Shown here piece by piece: positions 7,694 to 15,699 of a DNA stretch of 64,000 nucleotides (its first letter is position 1; each line of letters starts with the position of its first letter). The notes beneath the pieces are model-generated. The model worked only from the letters and a program-made list of their open reading frames with translations, was not told the origin of the DNA and searched no databases. Source of the stretch: Chitinophagales bacterium (GTDB lineage: Bacteria; Bacteroidota; Bacteroidia; Chitinophagales; Saprospiraceae); the NCBI GenBank assembly GCA_013297745.1, contig JAAFIM010000007.1:747-64746 (forward strand), read 5' to 3'. A program made the translations under genes and the position numbers.

Positions 7694-10153
7694 TTATTCA
7701 AAAATAAGTCTCAACGTAAACGCATTCCAATCCGCCGCCGATTCTCCTTTTTGTCGTTGGCTGCGCAGTTGATTATCAACAGGCTTTTCCATATCTGCCA
7801 AAGGCAAACCATTTTGCAACCATTCGCTAATATCAAACCTGCCCCAACTAATTAGCACTTTTACATACGAAAATTGCGTTTTAGGGTTGCACTCCAACCC
7901 AAATACTTCGCTGCGAGCTTGAGTAAAAGCTATATTTTGATTAGTTGCCAAAGTTGTAGGTTCTATAATCGGCGTAATGCTGTAGTCGCGGCTCATATAC
8001 AGCAGCGCAACCTGCAAACTTTGGGTAGTATCCACTTGATTTTTATAACTCACCGAAGCCGCAAAATTAGCCACCCGCGCACTACCTTTGCTATTGGGTT
8101 GGGTTTGTATCAACAAAGGGCTATATTGGTTAAAATCTTGCTTAATGGGAATTTGATAGGTTTTATTAGCTGCCAAATCCTGTATATGTACGGTCAATTC
8201 TGCCCCCAAAAACGACTGCAAGCGGGCAGGGTGGGGATTGTGCAAAAATAATCTTTGTTTAAACATCGCCATCGTTTTCAACCAACCGCTCACTTCTACC
8301 GCTGACACCAAATCGGCTGGGCTGCTGGCGCGTGTCAAAGGCGTTTGGCGGGGACTGAGTAGTAAAAAACCATCATTTTGGCTGGCTACGTACACATCTA
8401 CGGGCGCATTTTCTGCTATGTTGGTATAAACGGGCAAAAAATTGCATAAAGGGCTGTCTTTAAACTCTGAAAAGTTGGGTTGAGTGCCTGCTTTTATCTT
8501 CAAAAACACCTCTTTGTCTTCAGGCAGTAGATAATCTATCAAACCCGACGTCCAAAATTCCTGATTTTCTACATTTATGGGTATAAATTTTAAAGTTTCT
8601 TCTAGATACTCCTTTGCGATAGCCGCCCAACCGCCCTTTTCTATCTCCCAAGCCTTACCATTTATAGAACGACAGGGGTATTTTTCGCTATCATTTGCCT
8701 TATTCTGCAAAATTCCGAACCGATACAGCAGTCCGCGCGCTGTAGTGGCGTTATTAAAATAGTTTTTGTACAAATAAACCGTGTAATTATCCGCGTACAG
8801 GCTAAATTCTGCATCGTCTTTGCCAATTTCTACCATATCGGGCATATTCTCAGCCAATAAATTGAGGAAAAAGGCGATATTTTCGTTCTCTTTGGTTGGC
8901 AATATGCCCACATTTAGCTTACTCGCGGCAACTACCAACTGTTCTGGGCGAATTTTGACATAAAATAACTCATTCCCGTTTGAATTTTGTACAAAATCGG
9001 GTACATTTTCCAACTCACAGAAGGCAGGGGCAACATAATTCACCCTCGCCACGCCCGTTTTATCCCGCAAGTTGCTAACTTCCACCTCAAAATGTTCGTT
9101 GGATTTCAATATCGGCAGCCCCTGAAGCGCGCCTATGTCTATTTTGTGTTTATATTCTTTGCTAATTCCGTCAAAAACGCTGATTAAATTATAACAAAAC
9201 TGCCTTTTTGCGCTATCTTGGTTCAAAAAACGGCGGAAGCGGGTGGTTTTATCCTCATTTTTGACATAAAGGCTGGGCGTTTGGGGAAACCCTTTTTCTA
9301 TAACCATTCTTAGCCTAATTTCTAACTCGTGGTAGCTGATATTTCCTGCGGTTATTTTCAACAATTTGCATAAATTGGTGGTAAAAATACCGCTTGGGCT
9401 GCCCGTTTCTTTGGTTTCATACGCACATTCGCTGTAGGCGCAAGCGCAGAGGTGTATATGGGGTGCTTCAGGCACCATTTTTTCAAAAGTTTGGGGCGTT
9501 ATTTGGGTAGAATTTTGGGTATTTTGTCGGTTTAAATTGCGGGTTATCTCTTCTGGGAAAGATTCGTACTGATTACTATCTCTTTTCTGCCCAAAGTTGG
9601 GGTGATTTCGGGGCAAAATTTCCCTTTTTTGGTAATTATCCGATTTCAAATCCTCCCCATAAGCGCGGGTGGCGCGTTCAGAATGGCAAGAATCTTGTAT
9701 GAATATAATCTCCACTTCTTTTTTATACATCAAACTGAATAATTGTCTAATCTCTACACTCAAAATATCAAAAATGGGTTTTCCCGCTTCAATAACCCCA
9801 CTATCACAGGGTACTAATGTGGATAAATAGCCCGTAGCCGATTGAAAATAAGGGTCGGCTTTCTCTTGCGAGCCGTGTCCAGCATAAAATAGGCAAAAAA
9901 TATCCCCTTTTTGTAATAAATTGATATGTTGTTGGATAGCCAGCAGTATATTCCTGCGGGTGGGTAAAGCGGTTTCGTTATTTTGGTGAGAACTGTACAA
10001 TTTTACCGTTTTTTGCTGATAAGTGTTTTTATCAATGTACAAATTGGCACAGGACAAAAAGGCTTCTGCATCGTGGATACAGCCGTATAAATTGCTTATT
10101 TTATCGTGTTGATATTTGTTGATAGCTATAGCTAAAGTATAAAATGTGGGCAT
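7694..10153 (-). CDS. Caspase-like (peptidase C14) domain protein with ~500-aa uncharacterised C-terminal region
   Basis: The N-terminal ~300 aa carry a caspase His-Cys dyad in canonical context: FYAGHGS (His) and IQDSCHSE (Cys). The remainder has no recognisable motifs. Confidence 0.7.
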   Translation of the reverse strand: MPTFYTLAIAINKYQHDKISNLYGCIHDAEAFLSCANLYIDKNTYQQKTVKLYSSHQNNETALPTRRNILLAIQQHINLLQKGDIFCLFYAGHGSQEKADPYFQSATGYLSTLVPCDSGVIEAGKPIFDILSVEIRQLFSLMYKKEVEIIFIQDSCHSERATRAYGEDLKSDNYQKREILPRNHPNFGQKRDSNQYESFPEEITRNLNRQNTQNSTQITPQTFEKMVPEAPHIHLCACAYSECAYETKETGSPSGIFTTNLCKLLKITAGNISYHELEIRLRMVIEKGFPQTPSLYVKNEDKTTRFRRFLNQDSAKRQFCYNLISVFDGISKEYKHKIDIGALQGLPILKSNEHFEVEVSNLRDKTGVARVNYVAPAFCELENVPDFVQNSNGNELFYVKIRPEQLVVAASKLNVGILPTKENENIAFFLNLLAENMPDMVEIGKDDAEFSLYADNYTVYLYKNYFNNATTARGLLYRFGILQNKANDSEKYPCRSINGKAWEIEKGGWAAIAKEYLEETLKFIPINVENQEFWTSGLIDYLLPEDKEVFLKIKAGTQPNFSEFKDSPLCNFLPVYTNIAENAPVDVYVASQNDGFLLLSPRQTPLTRASSPADLVSAVEVSGWLKTMAMFKQRLFLHNPHPARLQSFLGAELTVHIQDLAANKTYQIPIKQDFNQYSPLLIQTQPNSKGSARVANFAASVSYKNQVDTTQSLQVALLYMSRDYSITPIIEPTTLATNQNIAFTQARSEVFGLECNPKTQFSYVKVLISWGRFDISEWLQNGLPLADMEKPVDNQLRSQRQKGESAADWNAFTLRLIFE

Positions 10154-10178
10154 AGTTTAGTGGTTAATTATTAATAGT

Positions 10179-10209
10179 TATACAGAATTTAAAAAGTAAG
10201 TGTGTAATA
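10179..10209. repeat. 30-bp motif TAATACAGAATTTAAAAAGNAAGTGTGTAATA (copy 1 of 7; acts as inverted-repeat terminus of composite elements)
   Basis: Other copies lie at 21967..21998 and 26843..26874. Inverted copies lie at 10737..10768, 27102..27132 and 27131..27160. Confidence 0.7.
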
Positions 10210-10232
10210 AGAGCTATTAAGCATTATAATTG

Positions 10233-10496
10233 AAGTTGTTTAGTATGCTTTTTTATCTTTTAATTTCTCTGTATTGTGCGGGACTAAAGTCCCAGCACAA
10301 TTGAGATTTAGGATTTTTTTGCGCTTTTGGGACTAAAGTCCCGCGCGTTATATAGTTTTATCAATCAATACCAACGGGTTTTAACCCGTTGAGAGACAAA
10401 AAAACGATTACAACAGACTTTAGTCTGTTGCTTAAAGTACATAAATGGTTATTTTTTTTAATTAAAAATGTAGAAAAATTCTTACTAAACAACTTT
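10233..10496 (-). mobile_element. MITE-like repeat family 2, copy c (inverted)
   Basis: Reverse complement of copies a/b with the same TIR and the ggactttagtcc, aacgggttttaacccgtt and aacagactttagtctgtt hairpins. Confidence 0.75.
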
Positions 10497-10516
10497 ATTA
10501 TAAAAATAAGCGAGAG

Positions 10517-10672
10517 CGTGGGGTTTTATACCCCACGCGGTAAAGAATCTTATTAGCGTTGGGTTTTACACCCAACGCAAGCAAGAATAAAATTTTATAA
10601 AATTATTTTTGGAGTGTTGGGTGTAAAACCCAACACTTATAAGGTTTATTTTATCTACCGCACGGGGTGTAA
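10517..10672. repeat. Array of four related GC-rich stem-loops (8-bp stems, 7-nt loops)
   Basis: gcgtgggg-ttttata-ccccacgc, gcgttggg-ttttaca-cccaacgc, gtgttggg-tgtaaaa-cccaacac, gcacgggg-tgtaaaa-ccccgtgc. Stems differ but keep pairing, and loops are conserved or inverted. Confidence 0.7.
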
Positions 10673-10851
10673 AACCCCGTGCTATTGTAAAAATCTACAC
10701 TCTTGTAACTCCAATATTTTAAATAATTTATGATGCTATTACACACTCACTTTTTAAATTCAGTATTAGTTGTTGATAATGAATTGATTATAAGTAAAAA
10801 AAGCGAAACTCCTAAAGGTTGGGAATTTCGCTTTTTGTGTGTATGCTATTG

Positions 10852-11235
10852 TTATTCTCGGCTCATCATATTCACTTTTCCGTTGAGTAATGCGCCATTT
10901 TCTACCTGTAGAAATTTAGTTTCTATGTCTCCCTGAACTTGTGCCGAGCGAAAGAGCGCACAGCCGTTGCGGGCTAATATATTGCCGATAATTTTGCCCT
11001 CGCAGACCAATTCCAAACAATCAATATTGCCGTGAATTTGTGCTTGTGGGGATAAAATTAGCCGTCCAGCACAGAAAACATTCCCATTGATTTGCCCATC
11101 AAGGCGCATATTGGCTTCTGTAACTTTAACGCTGCCGTCAATGATTGTACCTGTAGCAATTTGACAAACAGCTTGCACAGGGCTTTGCTCTTGCACCCAG
11201 TCGGTGGGGGCTTCTTTGGTTTTTTTACCGAACAT
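10852..11235 (-). CDS. Bactofilin-family cytoskeletal protein (DUF583)
   Basis: Beta-helical G-x-I/V-x-G periodicity (TGTIIDGSVKV...GQINGNVF...GNIDCLELVCEGKIIGNI). Confidence 0.7.
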   Translation of the reverse strand: MFGKKTKEAPTDWVQEQSPVQAVCQIATGTIIDGSVKVTEANMRLDGQINGNVFCAGRLILSPQAQIHGNIDCLELVCEGKIIGNILARNGCALFRSAQVQGDIETKFLQVENGALLNGKVNMMSRE

Positions 11236-11241
11236 AACTTT

Positions 11242-12153
11242 TTATCCGTTGAAAATTTTAATATAATAACCTTTTGAGTTGTAAGCGCGCAAAAATTTGG
11301 ATTTGCCGCAAGCAGTAGAACAAACCCCTTGTAGTTCGCCCCCGCAGTTTTCGCACTGCACAAAATGCTCGTTGCAGTGGGGATTGGCGCAATTGACCAT
11401 ACGGGTAGAATGTGTGCCGCAGGTTTTGCAGCGGGTGATAACTGTAGGATTTACCGTATTGATAGGCACTTGCACGCGATTGTCAAACACATAACAGTTG
11501 CCCTCAAAATCCTTGCCGCCTACCATTTTACCGTAGTTAATAATCCCCCCGTGTAGTTGATAAACTTCCCCAAAACCCTGTTCGCGCAGATAAGCGGATG
11601 CTTTTTCGCACTTGATACCGCCCGTGCAATAGGTGAGGATTTTTTTTCCTTTGTACTGTTCCAATTCGTCCAAATGCTCAGGCAAGTTGCGAAAATTATC
11701 AATATCCAAAGTTACGGCGTTTTTGAACTTTCCCAATTGGTGTTCATAATTAGAACGCACATCCAAAACCACCACATCTTCTTGGTCTTTCATAGCCAAA
11801 AATTCTGCTGGGCTTAAATGATTATCTACATCACTATCGGCAGGATTTACCGCCAAAGGCAGGTCAGAATGCACAATTTCAGTTTTATAGCGGACGTGCA
11901 TTTTAACAAAAGACGGCTCATTGACTTCATCAATTTTATAATGAATATCTGCAAAGCGTTCATCTTGAGCCAGCGTCTGCATATAAGTTTGGCATTGGGC
12001 TGCTGTGCCTGAAACGGTGCCGTTGATGCCTTCATCAGCTATCAATACGCGCCCTAAAAGCCCTAATTGTTTGCAAAATTGGAGATGCTGTTCGGCAAGC
12101 TCGGCTGCGTTTGCAATACGCACGTACTTGTAGTACAACAGGGTTTGGTACAT
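11242..12153 (-). CDS. trhO: tRNA uridine(34) hydroxylase, rhodanese-domain protein (YceA/UPF0176)
   Basis: LLYYKYV N-terminus, rhodanese active site YCTGGIKCEKASAYL, C-terminal Cys-rich tail. Colinear with E. coli YceA from memory. Confidence 0.85.
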   Translation of the reverse strand: MYQTLLYYKYVRIANAAELAEQHLQFCKQLGLLGRVLIADEGINGTVSGTAAQCQTYMQTLAQDERFADIHYKIDEVNEPSFVKMHVRYKTEIVHSDLPLAVNPADSDVDNHLSPAEFLAMKDQEDVVVLDVRSNYEHQLGKFKNAVTLDIDNFRNLPEHLDELEQYKGKKILTYCTGGIKCEKASAYLREQGFGEVYQLHGGIINYGKMVGGKDFEGNCYVFDNRVQVPINTVNPTVITRCKTCGTHSTRMVNCANPHCNEHFVQCENCGGELQGVCSTACGKSKFLRAYNSKGYYIKIFNG

Positions 12154-12163
12154 AGAATTTTTT

Positions 12164-13084
12164 TTATGGTTTGAATTTTTTGTCTATAAATGCGCGCTCT
12201 TCATCAGTTAATTGTTCGCGGGTCATACTCTCTTTTCCGCCATTTTCATTTGGTTTTTTGTTTTTTCCTCCTGTGATATGAAACCCGTGGAAAGTAAAAG
12301 AATTGACATCATTTAGCTCTTTACTGTTGTACTTAAAAATAAGATAACAGCCTTTTTCTTCGTCCCAAACTGCTAGAGTGGAATCCTTTATTTGTATAGC
12401 TTTTTGTAGTAGGTTATTAGTAATTTTTTCTTTTTCTTCGCTTTCATTATATAAAAGTGGGCTAATCCATTGGCCTTTCTCTTGCCTTGCAAATTCAGCA
12501 CGATGGTGTTTATCACAATACTCAAAAACTCTAGGCTGGCGATTCTTTTTTAACCAATTTCGTAAATCACTTTCGTTACCAACTATATCAATTTTAACTA
12601 AAATAGGAAGATAAATAGATTCACGTAAAAAAGCTTCTTCATCTATTATAATAAGTTTACGAGCAAGTTTAGTATTATGTTCCCAAAATAAAAATTTATA
12701 AAAATTCGGTATGTTAGGCAGATAATATTCTATAAAATTAATGACTGCACTAGACCCAGAAAATTCAACGCAATACGCATTTTTATTTTGTTGTTCGTAC
12801 TCAAAATAAGTATGATTTTTTGAAATAGGAGTATCTATCCGTTCCATTTTTTGGAAAAAACTACTCACGCTGCTTGATAGCAGTTTAATATTTTTTGCTT
12901 TTAAATCTGCCATAATTTTTTCAACTACGTGATTTAAAATAATAATTTTACAATTTTTTTCAAAAAAAAGCCAGCGAAAAGTATCAAAAATTAGTTCTCT
13001 TGTTGACGTGTCCGTAAAAAGGTATGTATCATTTTTATCAAAGCCAGCGAAAACGATTAATTTTGTTTGTTCCATAATGAGCAT
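12164..13084 (-). CDS. Hypothetical protein, third gene of DUF262/ATPase cassette
   Basis: 306-aa ORF starting 6 nt after the ATPase stop. No recognisable motif. AT-rich. Confidence 0.5.
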   Translation of the reverse strand: MLIMEQTKLIVFAGFDKNDTYLFTDTSTRELIFDTFRWLFFEKNCKIIILNHVVEKIMADLKAKNIKLLSSSVSSFFQKMERIDTPISKNHTYFEYEQQNKNAYCVEFSGSSAVINFIEYYLPNIPNFYKFLFWEHNTKLARKLIIIDEEAFLRESIYLPILVKIDIVGNESDLRNWLKKNRQPRVFEYCDKHHRAEFARQEKGQWISPLLYNESEEKEKITNNLLQKAIQIKDSTLAVWDEEKGCYLIFKYNSKELNDVNSFTFHGFHITGGKNKKPNENGGKESMTREQLTDEERAFIDKKFKP

Positions 13085-13090
13085 ACTTTT

Positions 13091-14248
13091 TTAAAATCCC
13101 ACTAAAAATTCCCTATCAATATCCATTTGGTCAAAAAAACCACTTGGTGCATCTTTTATCCAATATCCTTCCACTATCGGCACGTGAATAGTTCTTGCTT
13201 CTTGGCTATTTTCATCGCGGTCTATGTAATAAATGGCCACATTATCGGGGCTTATGCCTTTTTTATCTTCAGCAAATTTTTTGCAAGCAACCAAAATACC
13301 ATTGATGAGGTGGTCGCTGTGGGTTTCTACCACCACTTGTACGCCCGCCTGTGCAGCGAGAGCTATTAATTCGGCAAGTTTAGCTTGTCCGCTGGGGTGG
13401 ATATGCGCCTCAGGATTTTCTAATAAAACCAAACCATCTTTGGGCGTAGCCAATAGAGCTAATACCACAGGCAAAGCATAAGAAATACCAAAGCCCACGT
13501 TTTGGGGTTTGTATTCAAGCGATGTAATAAGCCCTGCGGTTCTAAATCTAAAATTAAGTTTCAAAAAATCTTTATTATCAATAATGACCGCTTCAACACC
13601 TTCACTTATTTCTCCAAGCCAAGCGTTTACGTTTGAGGATAAATGTAAGTCATCTGCTTTTTCGTGTTTTAGTTGTATGTTAGCAAGTTCTTTGTTACCG
13701 TTAATACTTAAAACGTGTATTGCGTATTCTGCTTTTCCTTGTTTGTGAGAAATTTGACCTTTCTTTTCAGCAATTCGCCAACTTCTTGAATGGGTTTCTT
13801 TTGGTCCAATATGTTCAGTGGCAATATATTGAAATGCTAGACTTTCACTAAATAAAGCCGCTTTGATAGGAGCAAGAATTTTAGAATCTACACTTAATTC
13901 TAAATTATCTACGCTTTTGTCTACTTCATTATTGGGCAGCACAGGGAATACAAATTTGACATAATGATTTATATTGCTATCAAATTGTAAATCAAAAGCG
14001 ATAAAATTATCTTCAGCATATTCGCACAAAGCATCTTTAGCGTTGCCGACATTTACCAAGTCTTCGTTAAGCACCAAACCTTCTTGGAAAGAAGAACTTT
14101 TTAAATAAGATTGCCGCAATAATAATAAACTTTGTATAATGGAAGATTTACCTGCTCCATTTTTGCCTGTAACAACAGTCAAAGGTTTGCAAGTTAGTTC
14201 TGTATTGAGGTGTGATTTGTAATTTTGAATTTTTAGTTTTGTTATCAT
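13091..14248 (-). CDS. ABC-type/AAA_21-family ATPase (DUF3696-like C-terminus)
   Basis: Walker A VTGKNGAGKSS, Walker B/D-loop VLLENPEAHIHP, H-loop VETHSDHL. Its ATG overlaps the upstream stop in an ATGA quartet. Confidence 0.75.
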   Translation of the reverse strand: MITKLKIQNYKSHLNTELTCKPLTVVTGKNGAGKSSIIQSLLLLRQSYLKSSSFQEGLVLNEDLVNVGNAKDALCEYAEDNFIAFDLQFDSNINHYVKFVFPVLPNNEVDKSVDNLELSVDSKILAPIKAALFSESLAFQYIATEHIGPKETHSRSWRIAEKKGQISHKQGKAEYAIHVLSINGNKELANIQLKHEKADDLHLSSNVNAWLGEISEGVEAVIIDNKDFLKLNFRFRTAGLITSLEYKPQNVGFGISYALPVVLALLATPKDGLVLLENPEAHIHPSGQAKLAELIALAAQAGVQVVVETHSDHLINGILVACKKFAEDKKGISPDNVAIYYIDRDENSQEARTIHVPIVEGYWIKDAPSGFFDQMDIDREFLVGF

Positions 14249-15624
14249 AGTGCAAGTGTTTTGTCAATAATTTCTTTAATTTTTTCGTATCTTATTAGCA
14301 CATTTTGCTTGTGTCCTGTGCCTGTAGTGATGCTGTACGTAAAGTTTTTAGAACCTTGATTATCATTAAATAACTTTACAAACAAAAGATTAAAGTCTTG
14401 TTTGTATTGAACAATTTTTTGCTGTTCTTCTTTACTCAAACGCGCAAAAGAAACAGTTAGTACTTCAAATAAAGCCTTATTGATTGGATTGCGTTTTTTC
14501 TCTGAAATATCAAATCTTTTTCTAAAAGCATAATCCCCAAAAATTTTGCTAAGCGTGTTTATTGTTTCTTCAAACTTTTTTTCGATTTCCAATAAAGTAT
14601 TTTTGTCTGTATTAGTAATTTTTTTCATAACCTTATTTAAAAAACCGTCCATATCTGCTTGGTATTCGCTGTGTGGCAACAAATAAAAAGCTAGAAAACG
14701 AGTTATAAAATCGCAGTCTTCCATACGTTCGGAAGCAATAGCGTTATTGGTAATATCCAAAAAATGCGCGGAACTTGCTAATTTATTTATAAAAGTTGAT
14801 GCTTCTCTTGAATTAAGCGCGTGGCGAATTTCTTGGTCAGTGAGTAATAACCCACTAGTATTAATTCGTTTAAAAAGGTTAAATTTAACGACATCAGGCG
14901 AACTTGCGCTAACAATATAAGCAGTAATTGAAAACTCCTCTATCCTTGCGCGAAGGCTAGGACTTAGTTCCTTAAATGTTTTGTTTTTTAATCCTTGTGC
15001 ATTAAGATACTCTAAACCTTGCAATTTTAAAAAATCTTTATTTTTTCCATCTCCTTTTCCTAAAATAAAATGACTTATGGCGCTTATTCGCTGAAGCCCA
15101 TCTACCACTTGATAAACCCCATTTTCAATTTCCACAAAATAAAAAGCTGGTAATGGAAATGATAATAAAATTGATTCAATAAGTTGACTTTTTTGAGAAA
15201 AATTCCAAAGATGTGCTTTGCGTTGATAGGGCGGATTTAAGTCTATCAGTTTACTTTTTATTCTTGATATAATGTTAGAGATTACCATAGGTTTAACATC
15301 TATTCTAACATCTTTAGGATTTAGAAAAACATTTCCTACATTATCACTTTCATAGTTTTCTAGAAATTCTATTTCTTTTTCTACTTTTTGGCTTTTGAAA
15401 GAATAACAATTTGACTTACCTATTTTAATACAATCTATACTTTCGTCATATACTCTCATTTCTGGATTGGTTAAAGTGCTCAATGCAGAAGACACAGAGG
15501 CTTGCGGAGTTTTAGTTTCAAATATAAAATAATTCTTTTCCACAATGTAATCGTGGATTTCTTTAGCAGTAGCTGGTCTGCCTATTTCCTCCATTGCTAT
15601 TTTGCACGCTTCAATAAGTGTCAT
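14245..15624 (-). CDS. DUF262 (ParB/Srx-like, DGxQR) domain protein with N-terminal HTH (HARE-HTH-like)
   Basis: VVDGLQRISAI is a DGQQR-type motif. The N-terminal ~70 aa are a winged-helix-like module. 459 aa. Confidence 0.7.
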   Translation of the reverse strand: MTLIEACKIAMEEIGRPATAKEIHDYIVEKNYFIFETKTPQASVSSALSTLTNPEMRVYDESIDCIKIGKSNCYSFKSQKVEKEIEFLENYESDNVGNVFLNPKDVRIDVKPMVISNIISRIKSKLIDLNPPYQRKAHLWNFSQKSQLIESILLSFPLPAFYFVEIENGVYQVVDGLQRISAISHFILGKGDGKNKDFLKLQGLEYLNAQGLKNKTFKELSPSLRARIEEFSITAYIVSASSPDVVKFNLFKRINTSGLLLTDQEIRHALNSREASTFINKLASSAHFLDITNNAIASERMEDCDFITRFLAFYLLPHSEYQADMDGFLNKVMKKITNTDKNTLLEIEKKFEETINTLSKIFGDYAFRKRFDISEKKRNPINKALFEVLTVSFARLSKEEQQKIVQYKQDFNLLFVKLFNDNQGSKNFTYSITTGTGHKQNVLIRYEKIKEIIDKTLAL

Positions 15625-15640
15625 TTTATTATAATTTTAG

Positions 15641-15676
15641 TTTTTTAAAAAAAGCCCTCACTAAAGCGAGGGCTTT
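15641..15676 (-). terminator. Intrinsic terminator downstream of glnS
   Basis: The stem aagccctc/gagggctt is flanked by a T-run on the minus strand. Confidence 0.6.
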
Positions 15677-15699
15677 ATATTTTTGCTAATGTTTTGGTT

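Noticed and set aside
10517-10672. Possible CRISPR array
   Set aside because: The four repeats are not identical. Spacers are short A/T filler, not unique. There is no leader or cas neighbourhood. The array is better explained as a REP-like hairpin cluster.
10730-10936. 68-aa ORF between hairpin array and bactofilin gene
   Set aside because: Overlaps the 30-bp motif copy and the 3' end of the bactofilin gene on the other strand. No coding signal.
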